Positions 42,321 through 62,696 of a DNA stretch of 64,000 bases are shown here, piece after piece; the stretch's first letter is position 1, and the number at the start of each line of letters is the position of its first letter. The stretch comes from Chrysomallon squamiferum (taxonomy: Eukaryota; Animalia; Mollusca): the NCBI GenBank assembly GCA_012295275.1, contig CM022672.1:13206001-13270000 (forward strand). The letters are read 5' to 3'. The notes beneath the pieces are model-generated. The model did not search any database. It saw only the letters and a program-made list of their open reading frames with translations, and was not told the origin of the DNA. The translations under genes were made by a program, and so were the position numbers.

Positions 42321-45300
42321 ATGGTCAGCATACCAGACTGGGCTAGATTCTCTCGCCTCCATGATTTTCAGTGTTCCAAGAGTGACTCAAGTACTCAGCT
42401 GAATAATTACTATAAGAAGAGAGAACATGAGGCTGTCCGACAGGCTGAACTTAATGGTTACTTCGTCATACCAACAAGAGAGTTTCTCATCAATACTTTT
42501 TCCTATCAGACAAAAAAAGAAAAAAGGAAAATCATGGATGTTAAATGGTTGGAACTGGTTAAACTGAATGGAATGCATCTGAAAAAACTGGGCCACATAT
42601 CCTACTGCTTCAGTTTGAAAATATGCATGCTAGGCAACAATTACTTGCAGAACATAGATGGTCTGGGGGCGTGTAGACAACTGGTAAAATTAGATGTCCA
42701 TTCCAATCAGGTAAATTCCATTGTTTTATTTTTTTTTTTTAAATCTTGATAGGGTAAAAAAGAAGAAGAAAAGTCACAACAAATACACACACATCTACAT
42801 GCATACTTAATTACATAGACGTCTATTAACCATATTAGAATTTCAACATTGGATTATTATGTTTTGTTGTTTTGTTAAATGGTTTGAAGTGCTCTATAAA
42901 TTTTCAATTACATTTATTTTTCATCTTTCTTATGATACTTTGTCATTTTTGTTTTAATATGAAAGTCTTCATAATTTGATTGTTATTTACGATAATTTTT
43001 TTTTTTTTTTTAGAAAATTGGATTAATTATTATTATTATTATTATTTTTTTTTTTTTCTGTTTTTATTTTCAAAGACATGCTTTTGCTACTTCCACTATT
43101 AACATTTAGGTAAGTGAATAACTTAACAGAATATTTGTTTTTGATGAGAATGAATTTTTCAGCTTTCACAAGTTCCAGGAATGGCATTTTGGTCTGCATT
43201 AAGAAAGCTCAAATTTCTGTATCTTCATGACAACCCACTGGGAAAATTTGAAACACTCAACAGTCTTGCCACATGTCCTCATTTGATTGGACTGACACTT
43301 TATGACACACCACTGAGTCTGAGAAAGAATTATCGACATCATGTTGTCAACAGTATCTGGTCACTGAAGGCTTTGGATTTTTATGTAATTTCTGATGAAG
43401 AAATTATTGAAGAAGCTACCTTTGGTGGACGGTTTGGTACAATGAATCCTACATTAAAAATTGATCTATCTCAGCCAAGCTTTGAGGTTAGTCCATTTTA
43501 ATATATAAACAAGTTACTGATAATTTCAAGAAATTTTACTTAACTACTGTTTGACTTCATTAAGTCTTATCATTGTAATTATAAGGATTCTGGATACTCT
43601 TTCTGATCAACAAAGAGAAATAATTTTTAATGACTTTTCTTTAATTTTTAATAAATTATACATTTAAAATGATTAAAGAGAGACTACCTTTTATTGCAAT
43701 TTTCTTTTCAATAATGGAAAATAGATTTGAAAATGATACTATCATTTAATATAAATATTTTGTTTTCTTTTACTTAGAGTAATCAGAGTACAGTTGAACA
43801 AGAAATGTGGTGTGTTAGACAAGTCGAGTCCAGAATCACGTGGATCTTAACCCACTCATCTCCTATTCACATCATACAGAGACATCTGCGTGGATACTTT
43901 TGCAGAAAACAGTAAACAATAATTGTAAACTTTTGTAAACAATGGAATCATTAAATTGTTACATTATAAACATCTGTTTGAAAGACAAGAACATTTTTAG
44001 CTTTAAAAATGTTTATATTAGAAAATATTTTATGGTAGATCACCAGAAATTTTTAATCTCTTTGACGAAGAAGTTCTGTTAAATAACAAAGTTATCTTTT
44101 CCTTCACTCCCAGAGTATTAATTAATAATTTCAAGCACAGAAAAAATAAAAATAACATGAAGGAACTTAATATCATTCATTTTTAAACCAGAGTTGTTTT
44201 TCATTGTAACATACAAATCTCAAAATGATTTCATCATAAAACCAGAAGTTTCTATTAAAAATATTTATTACACTTAACTTTATTTTATTTTTATTTTTAT
44301 TTTTTTTAAGTTTAAAAGGCTCAAAGAAACCACACATTCAGAAAACTGTTAAAGAGCCAATAACTGCAGTCATCCCACCACCTCCAACATCACCAATCAC
44401 AGATGCAACATCCAGCCTGCATGGTGACAGTGGGGTACCAACTGACTTTGACACGTACATGATGAACAGACGACCAGGCTCAGATAAAACACCATTTTCA
44501 CAAAAACCACAGGTACTGTCATTCATCTGCATTAAAGTTAAAATTAAGTCAGGAAGTAAAATTATTACTATTGCAAAATTATATACGCTAGATGACAAAT
44601 GCAATATTTTATTTGTATTGAAATTCCAAGTGATGCATCAAAAGCTATGCAAAAAGAAAATTCTGTTTCTGTATCATTTATTACTGAACAAATTACTCAA
44701 GAAAGCAGATAATAAGTTGGGTGAATCAGACATTGAGCTTTTTTTGAAATTTTGTCTAGTATTAAACCTATTATGAATTATCATTTCTACCATATCCAAT
44801 GTTTTACAGCTACTGATTAATTATAGAACATGTCCTGTCATTCCAGATTTTGCCTGACACCTCACCAAGACCACCTGATGAAGATGCAACAAATGCTCAA
44901 AAAATGAAGAAAAACCTAATCATTAACTTGTCCAAACTAGAAAGTTACACATTTCAGTCTCCTCAAGAAGACATTGCTGCTCTAGAAAGAGGTGCAACAT
45001 TTGATTTGCAAGAAACAGCTACAACTGCTAAATCTAGAAGAAGGAGAAGGAAAAAATATGAAGATCAGAAACCAAAACGATTAATGAGCATTAAACACTT
45101 CTTTGGTCCAGTTGTTCCTAGCACAAATTCTGACTCTGATGAGCAAGAAGAAACAAATGAAAAGGAACCTGTGACTAACTTTCGACTGCGTGGTACGAAT
45201 CCCAGTATTTTCCTTGTTGATCCAATGACTGAAATGATTCTAGAAAGAAGAGAAGTTGGGAAAGCTATCCGTGATGCTGAGTATGATAATCAGAGAATAT

Positions 45301-46100
45301 ACTTAGAAAAGTATGTTAATCCTCTGATCCCAAGAAAACCATTTCCAAGAATTGACCAAAGAGTACATTCAAAAATACATGGAACCATGGGAATGTCTTG
45401 TTTTTGGGCTGTCCAGAAAGCTTACAAGGAACGAGAAAAGGCTGAAAAAAATGTTGCTAAAATGGAACGTATTTTTAACATGCGACAGGAACGAAATAGG
45501 GCAAAAGAGAGAATACAGTTTTATCACGAAGAAAGAAGAAACATAGTACAGAAAAAGAGAGATGATGACAGGGCTCAGATGCTGGATGCACTTGAAAAAC
45601 ATGATCTGGAAAGAATAAACTACCTTGACAAACGGCAAGAGTTCAAAATCAGATCAGCTGATGTCATAAAATCGCTGCAAGCAGACAACACTTTTGTTTC
45701 AGAATTCAGTAACCAGCACACCTCAGTTTCCAATGCCCTGTTGCGTCATGACAGACAGGCAAGGAATGAAGATCAAACCCAGGCCAAAATCAGCTTTGTA
45801 CGGAAGAAAAAGAGGGATGAAACTGAGCATTTAGAAACAGTGAAAAAATTCTTGGAGCACAGACAACTTGTACGTCAGAGTGAAAGATCTGCACTGAAGA
45901 CTGAATTAGCTACAAAAATGATTCAAGAGGCAAATGAAAAGATGATGCAAGCCAGAACAAGAGTGGAGCAAATGAAGGCTCGTCAAGCAAATATACAGGC
46001 CTATTATCCTTTACCACCTCGTGAACTGCAACCCTTACCTGCTCAAAATGATGGCTTAATGCTTAGCCCAGATACAAGAAGGAAAACCATGACAATATAA
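42321..46100 (+). CDS. LRRIQ3: Leucine-rich repeat and IQ motif protein 3
   Basis: Exons 42321-42710, 43163-43486, 43778-43911, 44311-44512, 44847-46100. VKLNGMHLK, LVKLDVHSNQ, LKFLYLHDN, YRHHVVNSIWSLKALDFYVISDEEII (LRR cap), IQ motif IQRHLRGYFCRK and a coiled-coil C-terminus match LRRIQ3 as recalled. Confidence 0.85.
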
Positions 46101-47186
46101 TGTTTGAAGCATTTTCTGTGTAAATATTATTTTAGTGTATGGTTTCCATCTAAAATACATGCACTGTATTACATATATTGTAATGAAATTAGAATACTGT
46201 TTTTGAAAACCATAGTGCCTCATAAATAAATCTTCCCGTAGATAGAATTATTTTAATGAATTATTCTTTAAGACTTGTTGTATGCATAGAAGAATTTAGT
46301 AGTCAGTTTTGCAGATGTTTTAATTTAATTATGAAGATAATCTAGCCAAAAATTGTGGAGAGCTATATGTTACCATGAAAACAATATTACCTCTGCTTAT
46401 GTTATATCTATTTTGCCTATGAACTCCAAACAGTAGATAGTCCAACCATTGTAATTCCTCTTATCATAATGTAACAGATTAAAAAATCTCAAAAATGTAA
46501 GTAATATATTATTTGTCCTTAACAACAGTTCCTATACATTTACTTTGTATGTTGGGACTGCTGCAATAGAAAAGTAGATTTTGGTTGTTTGTCTTTTTTT
46601 AGGATGGGAACTGTCTCTTGGTATTTAAAAAAAAAAAAAAAAAGGATGTAGAAATTTGCCAGTGTTACATACTCTATATAATCATGAAAATAATAAAGGT
46701 TAAAAAAAAAAAATGGAGAATAGCATCTCATTCACAAATAGGGGTATAGTAGCTTTATTTATTATTTCTGATGTTAAGACTAGCTTTATGTTTTAAATTC
46801 ATATACTACGTTTCAGTACTTTTTATTTATTTATAATTTATATTGATCTTTTTTGTGTTAATAAAATTTTCATATACTGTCAGGATTATTATTAATTTTA
46901 TTTTTTTATTTTCTAATCAAATTTCAATAAAATAATATTTAACATCAAATCAGCTTCTTTTTCCTATTACTAAATGGTACAAAACAACAATTTCTTTTAA
47001 ATGTTGTTAATATAAATTTCCAATACTACTACAATGCAAATATATCTGTGTAAGAATTCAAAACAAAAGAAACAAAAGACAACACACGTAATTAATGATA
47101 CTCAATATTCTGTAATAATATGAAAAAAAAAAAAAAATTCACAAATTCAAACATAAGTATGTTGAAAATAACACATTCTTGCTAAT

Positions 47187-49053
47187 TCAGCCCAGTCCAT
47201 CTTCCTTTCGCTTTGCTTTTGCTTTTAAAATAACTTCTTTGAAAAGTCTGCAGTACAGTTCTATAGCTGCTGGTGTGTCATCATTTCCTGGGATTGGGTA
47301 TGTGATTAGCCTTGGGTCACAGTTGGAGTCAACAATGCCAACAGTGGGAATAAGCATTTTTGCTGCATCTATAACTGCAGTATGTGTTTGAAAAACACTA
47401 TTTAAAGTGTTGATGAAAATACAAAGGTCAGGGAGACGTGTCACAGAACCAAACTGGATATTGGCATTTGTGAAAGTTCCCCCTTTCCAGAATCGACAGT
47501 GAGCGTATTCTCCACAATCTTTTGCTGTTTTCTCAATCAGTGGACTCATCTGGCGATTGCGACTGATGAACAGAATGATGCCACCTCTGTATGCAATGTG
47601 ACCTGTGATATTCAATGCATGGTGAAATAATGGTAGAGTCTGATCCAAGTCAAAAATATCAACACCAAGACGAGTTCCAAATATATAGGGCTTCATAAAT
47701 TCATCTCTAGTTCCCATTTTATGTCCATAATGCACTCGTGCTTTGAAAAGATCTTTCATGTTAACCATGTCGCGTACACCAAAATAGTCCTCTTGTTGAA
47801 GTATTTCTTTTTCCAATGGTTCGATTTCCTGAGTTAGTTCAGCTACTGCACAAAAGTAAAAAGAATACTTTAAACAAAATAAAAATAACATTTGAGAAAA
47901 CTAAAATCCTAACAATGCTGCTTACACACATATTCACATCATAATTTGAATGATTATCTATGAAATAAAAATATTTAAACGTTGATTTAAAGGATCCTCA
48001 AATAATTAATCTAAAAACAGAGACTTACATATCTCTAGTCTCTTTTAATATCACAAGGAAAAAAAACAAATTAAAAAATTCTCATAATGAAATGTTACCT
48101 TCTTGTCTTTGTGATTTTAATGTGGTAGAACACAGAGAACGACATGTCATTGCTGACCCAGTTGTTCTGCATGCCCACAACCGAACCATCTGCTTGAAAT
48201 CTGATAAGAAAAAATAATCAACTTAATTATATTTAAATATTAAAATAGAGTGCTATAGAATTAACTATATTTTAATTGTACGTACATCAAATTTGAAGAA
48301 GTTGCTTGATTTACCAAAATTTTGCAATAGTGATAATAATCATTAGCATTTTCTGGCTTCTTTATCCATGAAAATGAATAAATCATAGCCAAAAGCAAAT
48401 GACACATATAAACCACAAGTATATCTGCTTTTCAGTAATATCGAAAGTTCAAAATTATTTCTTAAAATGTACATGAATTGATGCAATTTGTATCTTTTTT
48501 GTTTTTAATTTATTATTAAATGCGATTAATCATTTAATTATCACTATCAATGTATCATGTAAAATATATTATTATAAATTGTTATTATGTAATGCATTCA
48601 ATGTAATTAATTTGTTGTGTTACTAATTTACAATTGACATGTAACCACCACTGTTTGAATATTAATTAATTAAATACAAAGATCATGAAATGTTATGATA
48701 AAAATTATTGCTACTTTAAAGCGATGAAATATTCTTACATCTTAGTTAAACTTCAAACAATCAAAGCTAATAATGTAATAATGTAGTAATATAAATATGA
48801 CTATATCATTTATCATTTATATGTAAATTCTTAAAATTTTAATAACAAAATCGTGTAAACGTGATGTCGTTTTGATGTAAACAGAACGTAAATATTTTAT
48901 TATATAATATAGCGCATAAGCTGAGATCACTTGTTAAAACTTAAATAGGAATATTTATAACAACTATTAATAATCAGATGAGTACATACAGCTGCATTTT
49001 ACTGTTGACTTTCGCGCAAGGATGACACCGACTTCCATTATGCAGGCTGACAT
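47187..49053 (-). CDS. MRPS2: Mitochondrial ribosomal protein S2 (uS2m)
   Basis: Exons 49053-48990, 48200-48099, 47845-47187. Basic presequence-like N-terminus; [56 protein letters not shown]. Confidence 0.93.
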
Positions 49054-49143
49054 TTCAATTTCCGGTATTGTTGAAAACCTACATGGACCGAAATGAGAGC
49101 GCTTTGTCTTTATAGATACACGAGTAACAGAACATAAATAATT

Positions 49144-49208
<65 letters not shown>

Positions 49209-49861
49209 TATTATTAATATTATTATTAATATTATTATTATTATTATTATTACATGTATATGCATTTTACTTTTTTCTGCTAAAAATAGGCACCATACAT
49301 ATTTTATTTCATTGTTCTATTTTCTGCCAAAAATAAAGTTAATTCCTAAACCCATAGAATTCTGGACTTCAGATGCAGTATGTAAATAGTTAAATATCCC
49401 CGACTCCGTCAAAAAAAAAAAAAAAAAAAAAATAGCGCAAAAGCTCATACATAAATATATTGTTTTCCATCCACATATTCTTTTTTTTTTTTTTTTTTTT
49501 TTTCATTTCTAAGATTGTTATCATTATCATTGTTCATTTTCTTAACTAAATTTTAGAATTTGCTTTTTTATTATTATTATTATTATTATATATATATTTT
49601 TTTTAATTGAACACTCTCAGGCAATATTCAAAAGTATTTGCCTAACCGAGGTAGGCTGACATTTACAGGCGCAAAGCGACAGATCCAGACCGAGTAAATT
49701 CAACTTTGGTGTGTGATCTACGCGATATTTTAACTATTAATTTGTTTTGTCTTGGTTCTATATTATTATGTTTCACGGCATAAATGAAAAAAAAAAAAAA
49801 AAAAAAAAATCCTTTTATTATATATTTATAATTTATAGGAACAAGGGCTGAAAAGCATACA

Positions 49862-50040
49862 AATCTGAAGTTAGGCTGCTGCGAGTTTTGCAATGTAAAG
49901 TTGGCAGGATTTCGCTGTTTTTCCCTTTTCTTAGAGCTTCCTTCATTTCTCCACCACAACGATGACATAATGCAACACTTTCTTCATCATTTACAAGGCC
50001 ATTTCTTCGTAAAAAGGCCTTTATTTGATGAGACTGACAT
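49862..50040 (-). mobile_element. Possible Merlin/ISXO2-like transposase N-terminal remnant
   Basis: The frame reads IKAFLRRNGLVNDEESVALCHRCGGEMKEALRK...PTLHCKTR, resembling the FLxxxGL..CxxCGxxM..C zinc ribbon; no DDE domain seen. Confidence 0.3.
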
Positions 50041-51366
50041 CACTACTTTTTGCTGAAATATCCTCTGCTATTGCTGTCTGTGTAAAAAGGATTACATTAG
50101 CTAGATCTTTTTAATAAAAAATAATTTGCAGCAGATTTTAATTCTATCTTAAAGTACCCGACTTAAAATAAAAAAATAAAAAAAAGTAAATAAATAAATA
50201 AATAAAGATTAAAGTAAAACAAACCAATTGAAAGAGAATATGATATTAGCTTAAAAGATTAATAGCAAGTTTACATTCGTTTCATATCGTCATTTTCCTA
50301 TTTTTACGTTTTAGATAAGAATAAACAAATTATTTCAAATTCATAAAGATCATAAATTACGCGAATGGAAATTCCTATGAGCTTTGCTCTGGGTTGTGCA
50401 AAAATGGTAAAATGCAAAATCGACAATAGTCTTTGTTTTTTTACTTCAGAGATTCAGCATACCAATTTATTTTTCCGACATCATTATTTGGAAACGAGTT
50501 GTCGCTTGTATTGTAAAATAACCTGCAACTTAATCAAATATATTTAGGATTTTTTGTTTTGTTCATATCGATCTATTCATAACTGCGTCCAAATATACAA
50601 ATTAAGACACGTGACCGATCGTACCCTATGATTGGCCCGATGTCAAATCCTAGGAATCTTATTAGATATTATTGGATAATGCTGCATATTTCAAATGATT
50701 GATAGCTTGTACTTATCATTTGAATATTATTTAAATCTAATTTGTTGTCAAGCCCTCTGGCTTGTCAGAGTGCGTACCTGTCGTAGACGTGTTTCACAAC
50801 AGCTTGCTCCGATTAGCACGCTAATGTTTTTTTCTGTCTGTCACCACTCCAACGATATGTTTTGCCGATCAATATATATACCGTATAATTCTTACAGAGA
50901 TAAAAAAAAAAAAAAAAGAATAGAAAAGAAAACAAGAAGTTACTTAATACAAACTTTGACCAAAGTTTGAAAGAAAAAGAAAGAAAAAAAAAAAAAAAAA
51001 CGAGGAGAAAAGTCTGCAATTTACAATACTCGGACAATTTAACGGGGTCAAAATGATGATACAAAATTAACCAAATGTTCCCAGACCTTCTTCCAGTTAC
51101 GTTCCTAAAGCAGAAGCACCTTACATACAGACATGGCAGCCAAAATAATTGGTTTGGCCCTTTGGTGCCACTCCAACAAAAATGCGATTTCGGGAGAAAT
51201 GACACGTTTTAAGTCTTTTCTATAAAAATATTCATTCAAAGCAGAACTGCGCCTGCGATATTTTTAAAACATTTATTTTCACCATCCTATGCGATCGCTA
51301 GAGGCAAGATTTTTCTGTGACGGACATTTAAATATCCCACAGAGGCCATTTCTTTCCTTGTTTATG

Positions 51367-51874
51367 CAGTGGAACCTCGGGTTACGAACTCCTAGAAGCA
51401 CGAACAAATCGGATTACGAACCGTGATCTTAGGCAACTTTTATCTCGGTTTACGAATTATGTCCCGAGTTACTACAGCGGCACGCCACGACAACCTTTCT
51501 TTTGACGTTGGTTTTGACGTCAACATCTAGTAGAGATAAGAAGTGATGTTCACGTCAAAATCGGTCAAAGTACGGATTACAGGCATGCCCAATAACAAAT
51601 ATATATCAAGAATTAGGGTCTTTTGCAGTGAGATTGTGCGCTAGCATTTTTTTTTAAAGTGTTGCTGCTTTTATATGTATATTTTTTTTATTGTACCTTA
51701 TTCTATATGGCGCCCAAGAAAACAAAAAGTGAAAGCTGGTGTAAAGCATAAACCTATCACAGGAGAGGTTGAGTAAGAAATAATTGCAAAACACGAAGAG
51801 TGGCGTTCGTATGTTTGACATTGCTTCGGTTTACGAACCGAGTTCTGGAATGTTCGTAACACGTGGTTCCACTC
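51367..51874 (+). mobile_element. Internally deleted pogo/Tigger element (non-autonomous)
   Basis: TIRs CAGTGGAACCTCGGGTTACGAAC / GTTCGTAACACGTGGTTCCACTC and subterminal TTACGAAC repeats. Transposase start MAPKKTKSE at 51707, then a frameshifted EIIAKHE.GVRMFDIA HTH fragment. Confidence 0.85.
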
Positions 51875-53036
51875 TACCGTTAAAATAAGGAGTTACAGCC
51901 TTCAGTTTGGTTTCCGTGGCAGACAAGTTTCGTATACGCGTGATTTTACGGAAAAACTCGTGTCGCGAACGTATATATTTCTTGAAAGTTTGATGTACAC
52001 GCGATTTTCACACACTAATTTTGTTTGTTTTTTTAAGACTAATCTACCTTATTATTTGTCCCTTTATGAAATAAACCTAGATAAAAAACGACTCAATAAA
52101 ACTGAAATTTATTTATTTTTCAAAACTTGTTGATTGGGAGAAAAGAGCAACAGTGCTTTTTTTTTGAAAACACTAGGAAAGCACCAACTGCTTATATATA
52201 TATATATATATATGTGGAATATTTCCTCGAAACCAGAATTTCATCAATTATAATTACTCAAAACCCTTATAAGTTTTGGATTTTAACATACAAGACAAAC
52301 ATTTCAGTGTGGCTTCAATGGGTAAATTACACAATTTTACACGTGAACTTGTTCATCTGTAAAACTGATAGCAAATGGAAGGAATTCCCTTCAATACCTG
52401 TTTGCCCTTTTTAGCTGCCATTCAGTTGAGAGTTAATTTTCTAAATAAATGAACTAATGGTGCATCAGAAATCAAAACTGCAGTTCACGAATGAAATAAA
52501 AAACAGTTCGTAACATTACACAACCAAACAGTACTAAGAAATACAAAAATTATAAAACAAAAAACAAAATTTTCACATATTTTATCAAATTTTTACTCTT
52601 TAATTATAAAACAAATGTTTCAAACATGCCATATGTGCGCGATGTTCACATTACTAATTTTGCTTTGTTCAGCATCAGTAATGATCTTTACATAATATGT
52701 ATATAAATAAAAACACTTTTTCTTCTACTTCAATTCCAATTATTTCTTTATTATACTTATTGAATTTATTTGAGCTTCAAACTCTTTGAGAATTATTTCC
52801 AGTTTTCAAGATTGCAAGCAATTTAAATTTCAAAATTGTGATAAACGCACTATTCCTCGAATAATGTTTTGGTTTCAGCAAACCATTTGTTATCTGACAT
52901 GAATGGATGAGGACATTACTGTTGAAGGCTTGAACAGTTGTTTATTTTTTTAGCCCATTCCAGTAACTGAACAGCAGCAGTCCCAGGCTCAAGATGCACT
53001 TGTATGCCAATTAATAAAATGTTTATGACAAATAAA

Positions 53037-59597
<6,561 letters not shown>

Positions 59598-62004
59598 TGC
59601 TTAAAAGCAGGAAAAAAACTTATTTCAAAAAAATAAAATAAAATAAAAATTGAGATAATTAAAATGCCTGAAAATTAAAACAGGCAAACTGTAAGTAGTA
59701 AAAGTATTGAAAAAAATAAAATAAAAAAATGAGTTCAGATTGTTATTTTGAACTATTTTGCTTCACATAACCCTTCTGATTTAACATTTTTACAGCTGGC
59801 TAAAGACTGAAAAAGGATATCCGACACTGGTGTTTGATCATTTCAGCAACCAGTATGACTACAATAATAAATAAACTTTTAAGTGTTGCTTTACTCCAGA
59901 TTATTTATTTCTTGTTGCTTTGTTTTGATGCTAACAATACATTAAAAAACATAAGTAGAAACCACAAACTGCTTATGAAACAATATCTTTGATAATTATT
60001 GTTTTTAATTCAATAATCAGCTGGAAATGAAATGGGTAATGGTGTCCAAAGAAAAGGTCCTTTTCATGTAAGTAATAGCCCCTTTCACTTTCATCTGTTT
60101 CTGGGATATAAATTTCATTCATTCCAAACTTAATAGACATTTTCTCTGTACACCTTTATTAGATGTATCATACAAACTTACATTTTCATTGAACTCAATG
60201 TATTTTTCAGTTCTGCTCATGCGCAGAAAACATACAAGTATAATACAGGGACAAGACAATGACAGTTTTCTGATTTCTGGACCAAGGCTTTATACAGGCC
60301 TATATTAGTGCACACATACACAAACACACACACATATAAGTATGTACTAATGTATATATAAATAGGTATATTAGAAAAAAAAAATATAATAATCAGATTT
60401 CCTATTCTGTTACAAACAGCACTAAACAAATAATAAAATATATTAACAAATAAAGAAGCTATGGACACTTTAATAAGGTAAAAAATTGCGTTATTTGAAT
60501 CTGGGTTTTTCACTGTTATTTTAGGCTTTAATCTAATCTAATCTGTATGATTTAGTAGTGACCAAATGGCAAAAAATGGCCAGTACTGCATTTCCTTTTC
60601 AAGACAGTCAAGTTTCTGGATAATTATACTGAGGTATCAGCTATACAGAGTATTATCAACAATTTAGAATAATCAAATAAATATTGTTTAAAAGAAGCCG
60701 CTGTGATCAATCACAAGTTGTTTTGTAAATATGGACATTGTCCAATGAAGTCATATGTTACATGATTTGTAAGACTGACAACACAAATTGTGGATCGGCA
60801 AAAAACTATTTGGTCAGACTTTGTTAATGAATAGCAAGCAAGAAGACTGACTAGTAAACCCACAACATGTATTATCTGAAATGTTATGTGGTCTTATAAT
60901 ACTTATTATATAGGTTCTATATGATTTGATGGAAATATAATGGTTTAGTCGATTCAGAATGAAGAGCTATTTTTACTGAATTTCATTTGTTATGATGCTC
61001 TATCGGAATGACAGCATTCAGTTTTGTAAGTTCAAAACTTTCTTTGCATTTATAGAATTGAATGCATTTTTTTTAGTTTGTAGTTGAAATGTTGTTTTAA
61101 TAAATGTATTTAATTTTGAAAAACAACAACAAAAAAACATGTTTATTGATGTGTTTTGATCAGCTGAACATGAGCAAAATTTTATAACTGAATGAATCAC
61201 ATGAAAAATTCTAAAAAGACAATGTAACTTGTAAACAGGAATGACTATCACATCTTATTCAGAAAACATCAGTAAATAATTGTGCCAAATAAACGAAAAC
61301 CTACATTTTTGGATAGCCCTCACAACACTTGGCATGCTCCTAAGAGGTACTATTGGGGGGAAATTGTGTTTTGTAACATACCTAAAGCTAATTCTATAGG
61401 AAAAATAAATAAAGAAAAGAACAAAACGAAATTGTATTTAACCAATACATATTATTATTAATATCAATCTAAAGCTGTTTTTTTTGGAAAACAGACAAAT
61501 GGTATAGTACTGTTTAAAATTAATAGACAAGAAACACTTATTGAGTTAAAACTTTTTAAAAATAATAATAAATATTTATATTAATATCAATCCGACAACA
61601 AAACTTAAACTGTCATCCCAAATCCAAGTATCATATTCATAGATTCATAGTATGTGTATTATGACTTTACTTAACTACTATGATGTTTACTTACACTGTG
61701 AGTATGACACATACGATTATCGAAAATCAAATGAATGCGAATGCAGAAATAAATTGGAAAATCCAAAATGCCAGTGCAAGTAGCATAAGTCTGGATCACT
61801 GATTCGAATGAATTATTATGAATCATTGAATGGTGATCATGAATGATAAAAACATATTAAATTCTCTGAATAACGAATATTCCACACACCAAGTATTATT
61901 TGAAATATTAAAGTATATAATAATAGAAAGTGATATAGTGCTTACGTAATCTTACATTCAATATACAAAGCCAACTCTAATCAGTAATCTACTTCCAAAT
62001 ATTG

Positions 62005-62295
62005 TAAACACACTTCCCGCTACCAGCACACATGGCCGAACTTCCTACGCATGCGTATACTTGTAGATACGGAAATTGATGTTTCAAGGACATTGTTGTT
62101 TTTATTGACCTTCTGATAAAGCGGATGTTTTTGGTTTACTTTCTTCGGGATTTTATCACATGCTTTAAATCGGAACTATTTTTACTAAAAGTCATGGAAA
62201 TACTCTTTAGATAATGTGCAATTTAGTAGATTTTCCATCAAAAGACGGTTCGGAAAGTATTCCTCAAGGGGTCACGTGATTGAATCAACCAATAA
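62005..62295. promoter_or_regulatory. Probable WDR5 promoter, likely bidirectional
   Basis: CpG-rich patch with CTTCCCGC, the palindrome TACGCATGCGTA (NRF1-like), GTCACGTGA (62271-62279) and CCAAT. Minus-strand GTAAG donors at about 61945 and 61955 could serve a non-coding exon. Confidence 0.55.
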
Positions 62296-62583
62296 CAAAT
62301 GTGAAGCTGATTGCACAACAGACTGGAAGTTTCAGTCGTGTGTTCGGCTTGGTGGGAATAGGTTGGGATGTACGGATGTACCGAAAGTTTTACATGTTTA
62401 AATACTAAATACAAAGACCACATAACGTTTTAATATCATAAAACACACCTAATTTTTGTTTATTAATTCTTTTATTTGCAAACTTTTGCCTTTCTCAAAA
62501 TCATGTGATACGAACTGACCAATCGAATTGTCTGATTTTTAAACACCCATATATAAGCTTCCAGACGGACGACATCAAATGCG

Positions 62584-62696
62584 ATGCAATTGATAGACGC
62601 TAATGGAGAGGCGGAAAATCTAACAAAAGTGATGGACCCAAAGAGCCATCCGGCGCTGAAAGGGTACCAGCAGAATGTGCAAAACGTCAATGCAGG
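62584..62696 (+). other. Candidate first coding exon of an unidentified gene divergent from WDR5
   Basis: GC-richer open frame MQLIDANGEAENLTKVMDPKSHPALKGYQQNVQNVNAG ending at GG|GTACTT; no homology recognised. Confidence 0.3.

Noticed and set aside
49147-49251. (TAA)n followed by (ATT)n forming an inverted repeat upstream of MRPS2
   Set aside because: Low-complexity microsatellite; the hairpin potential is trivial and there is no sign of function.
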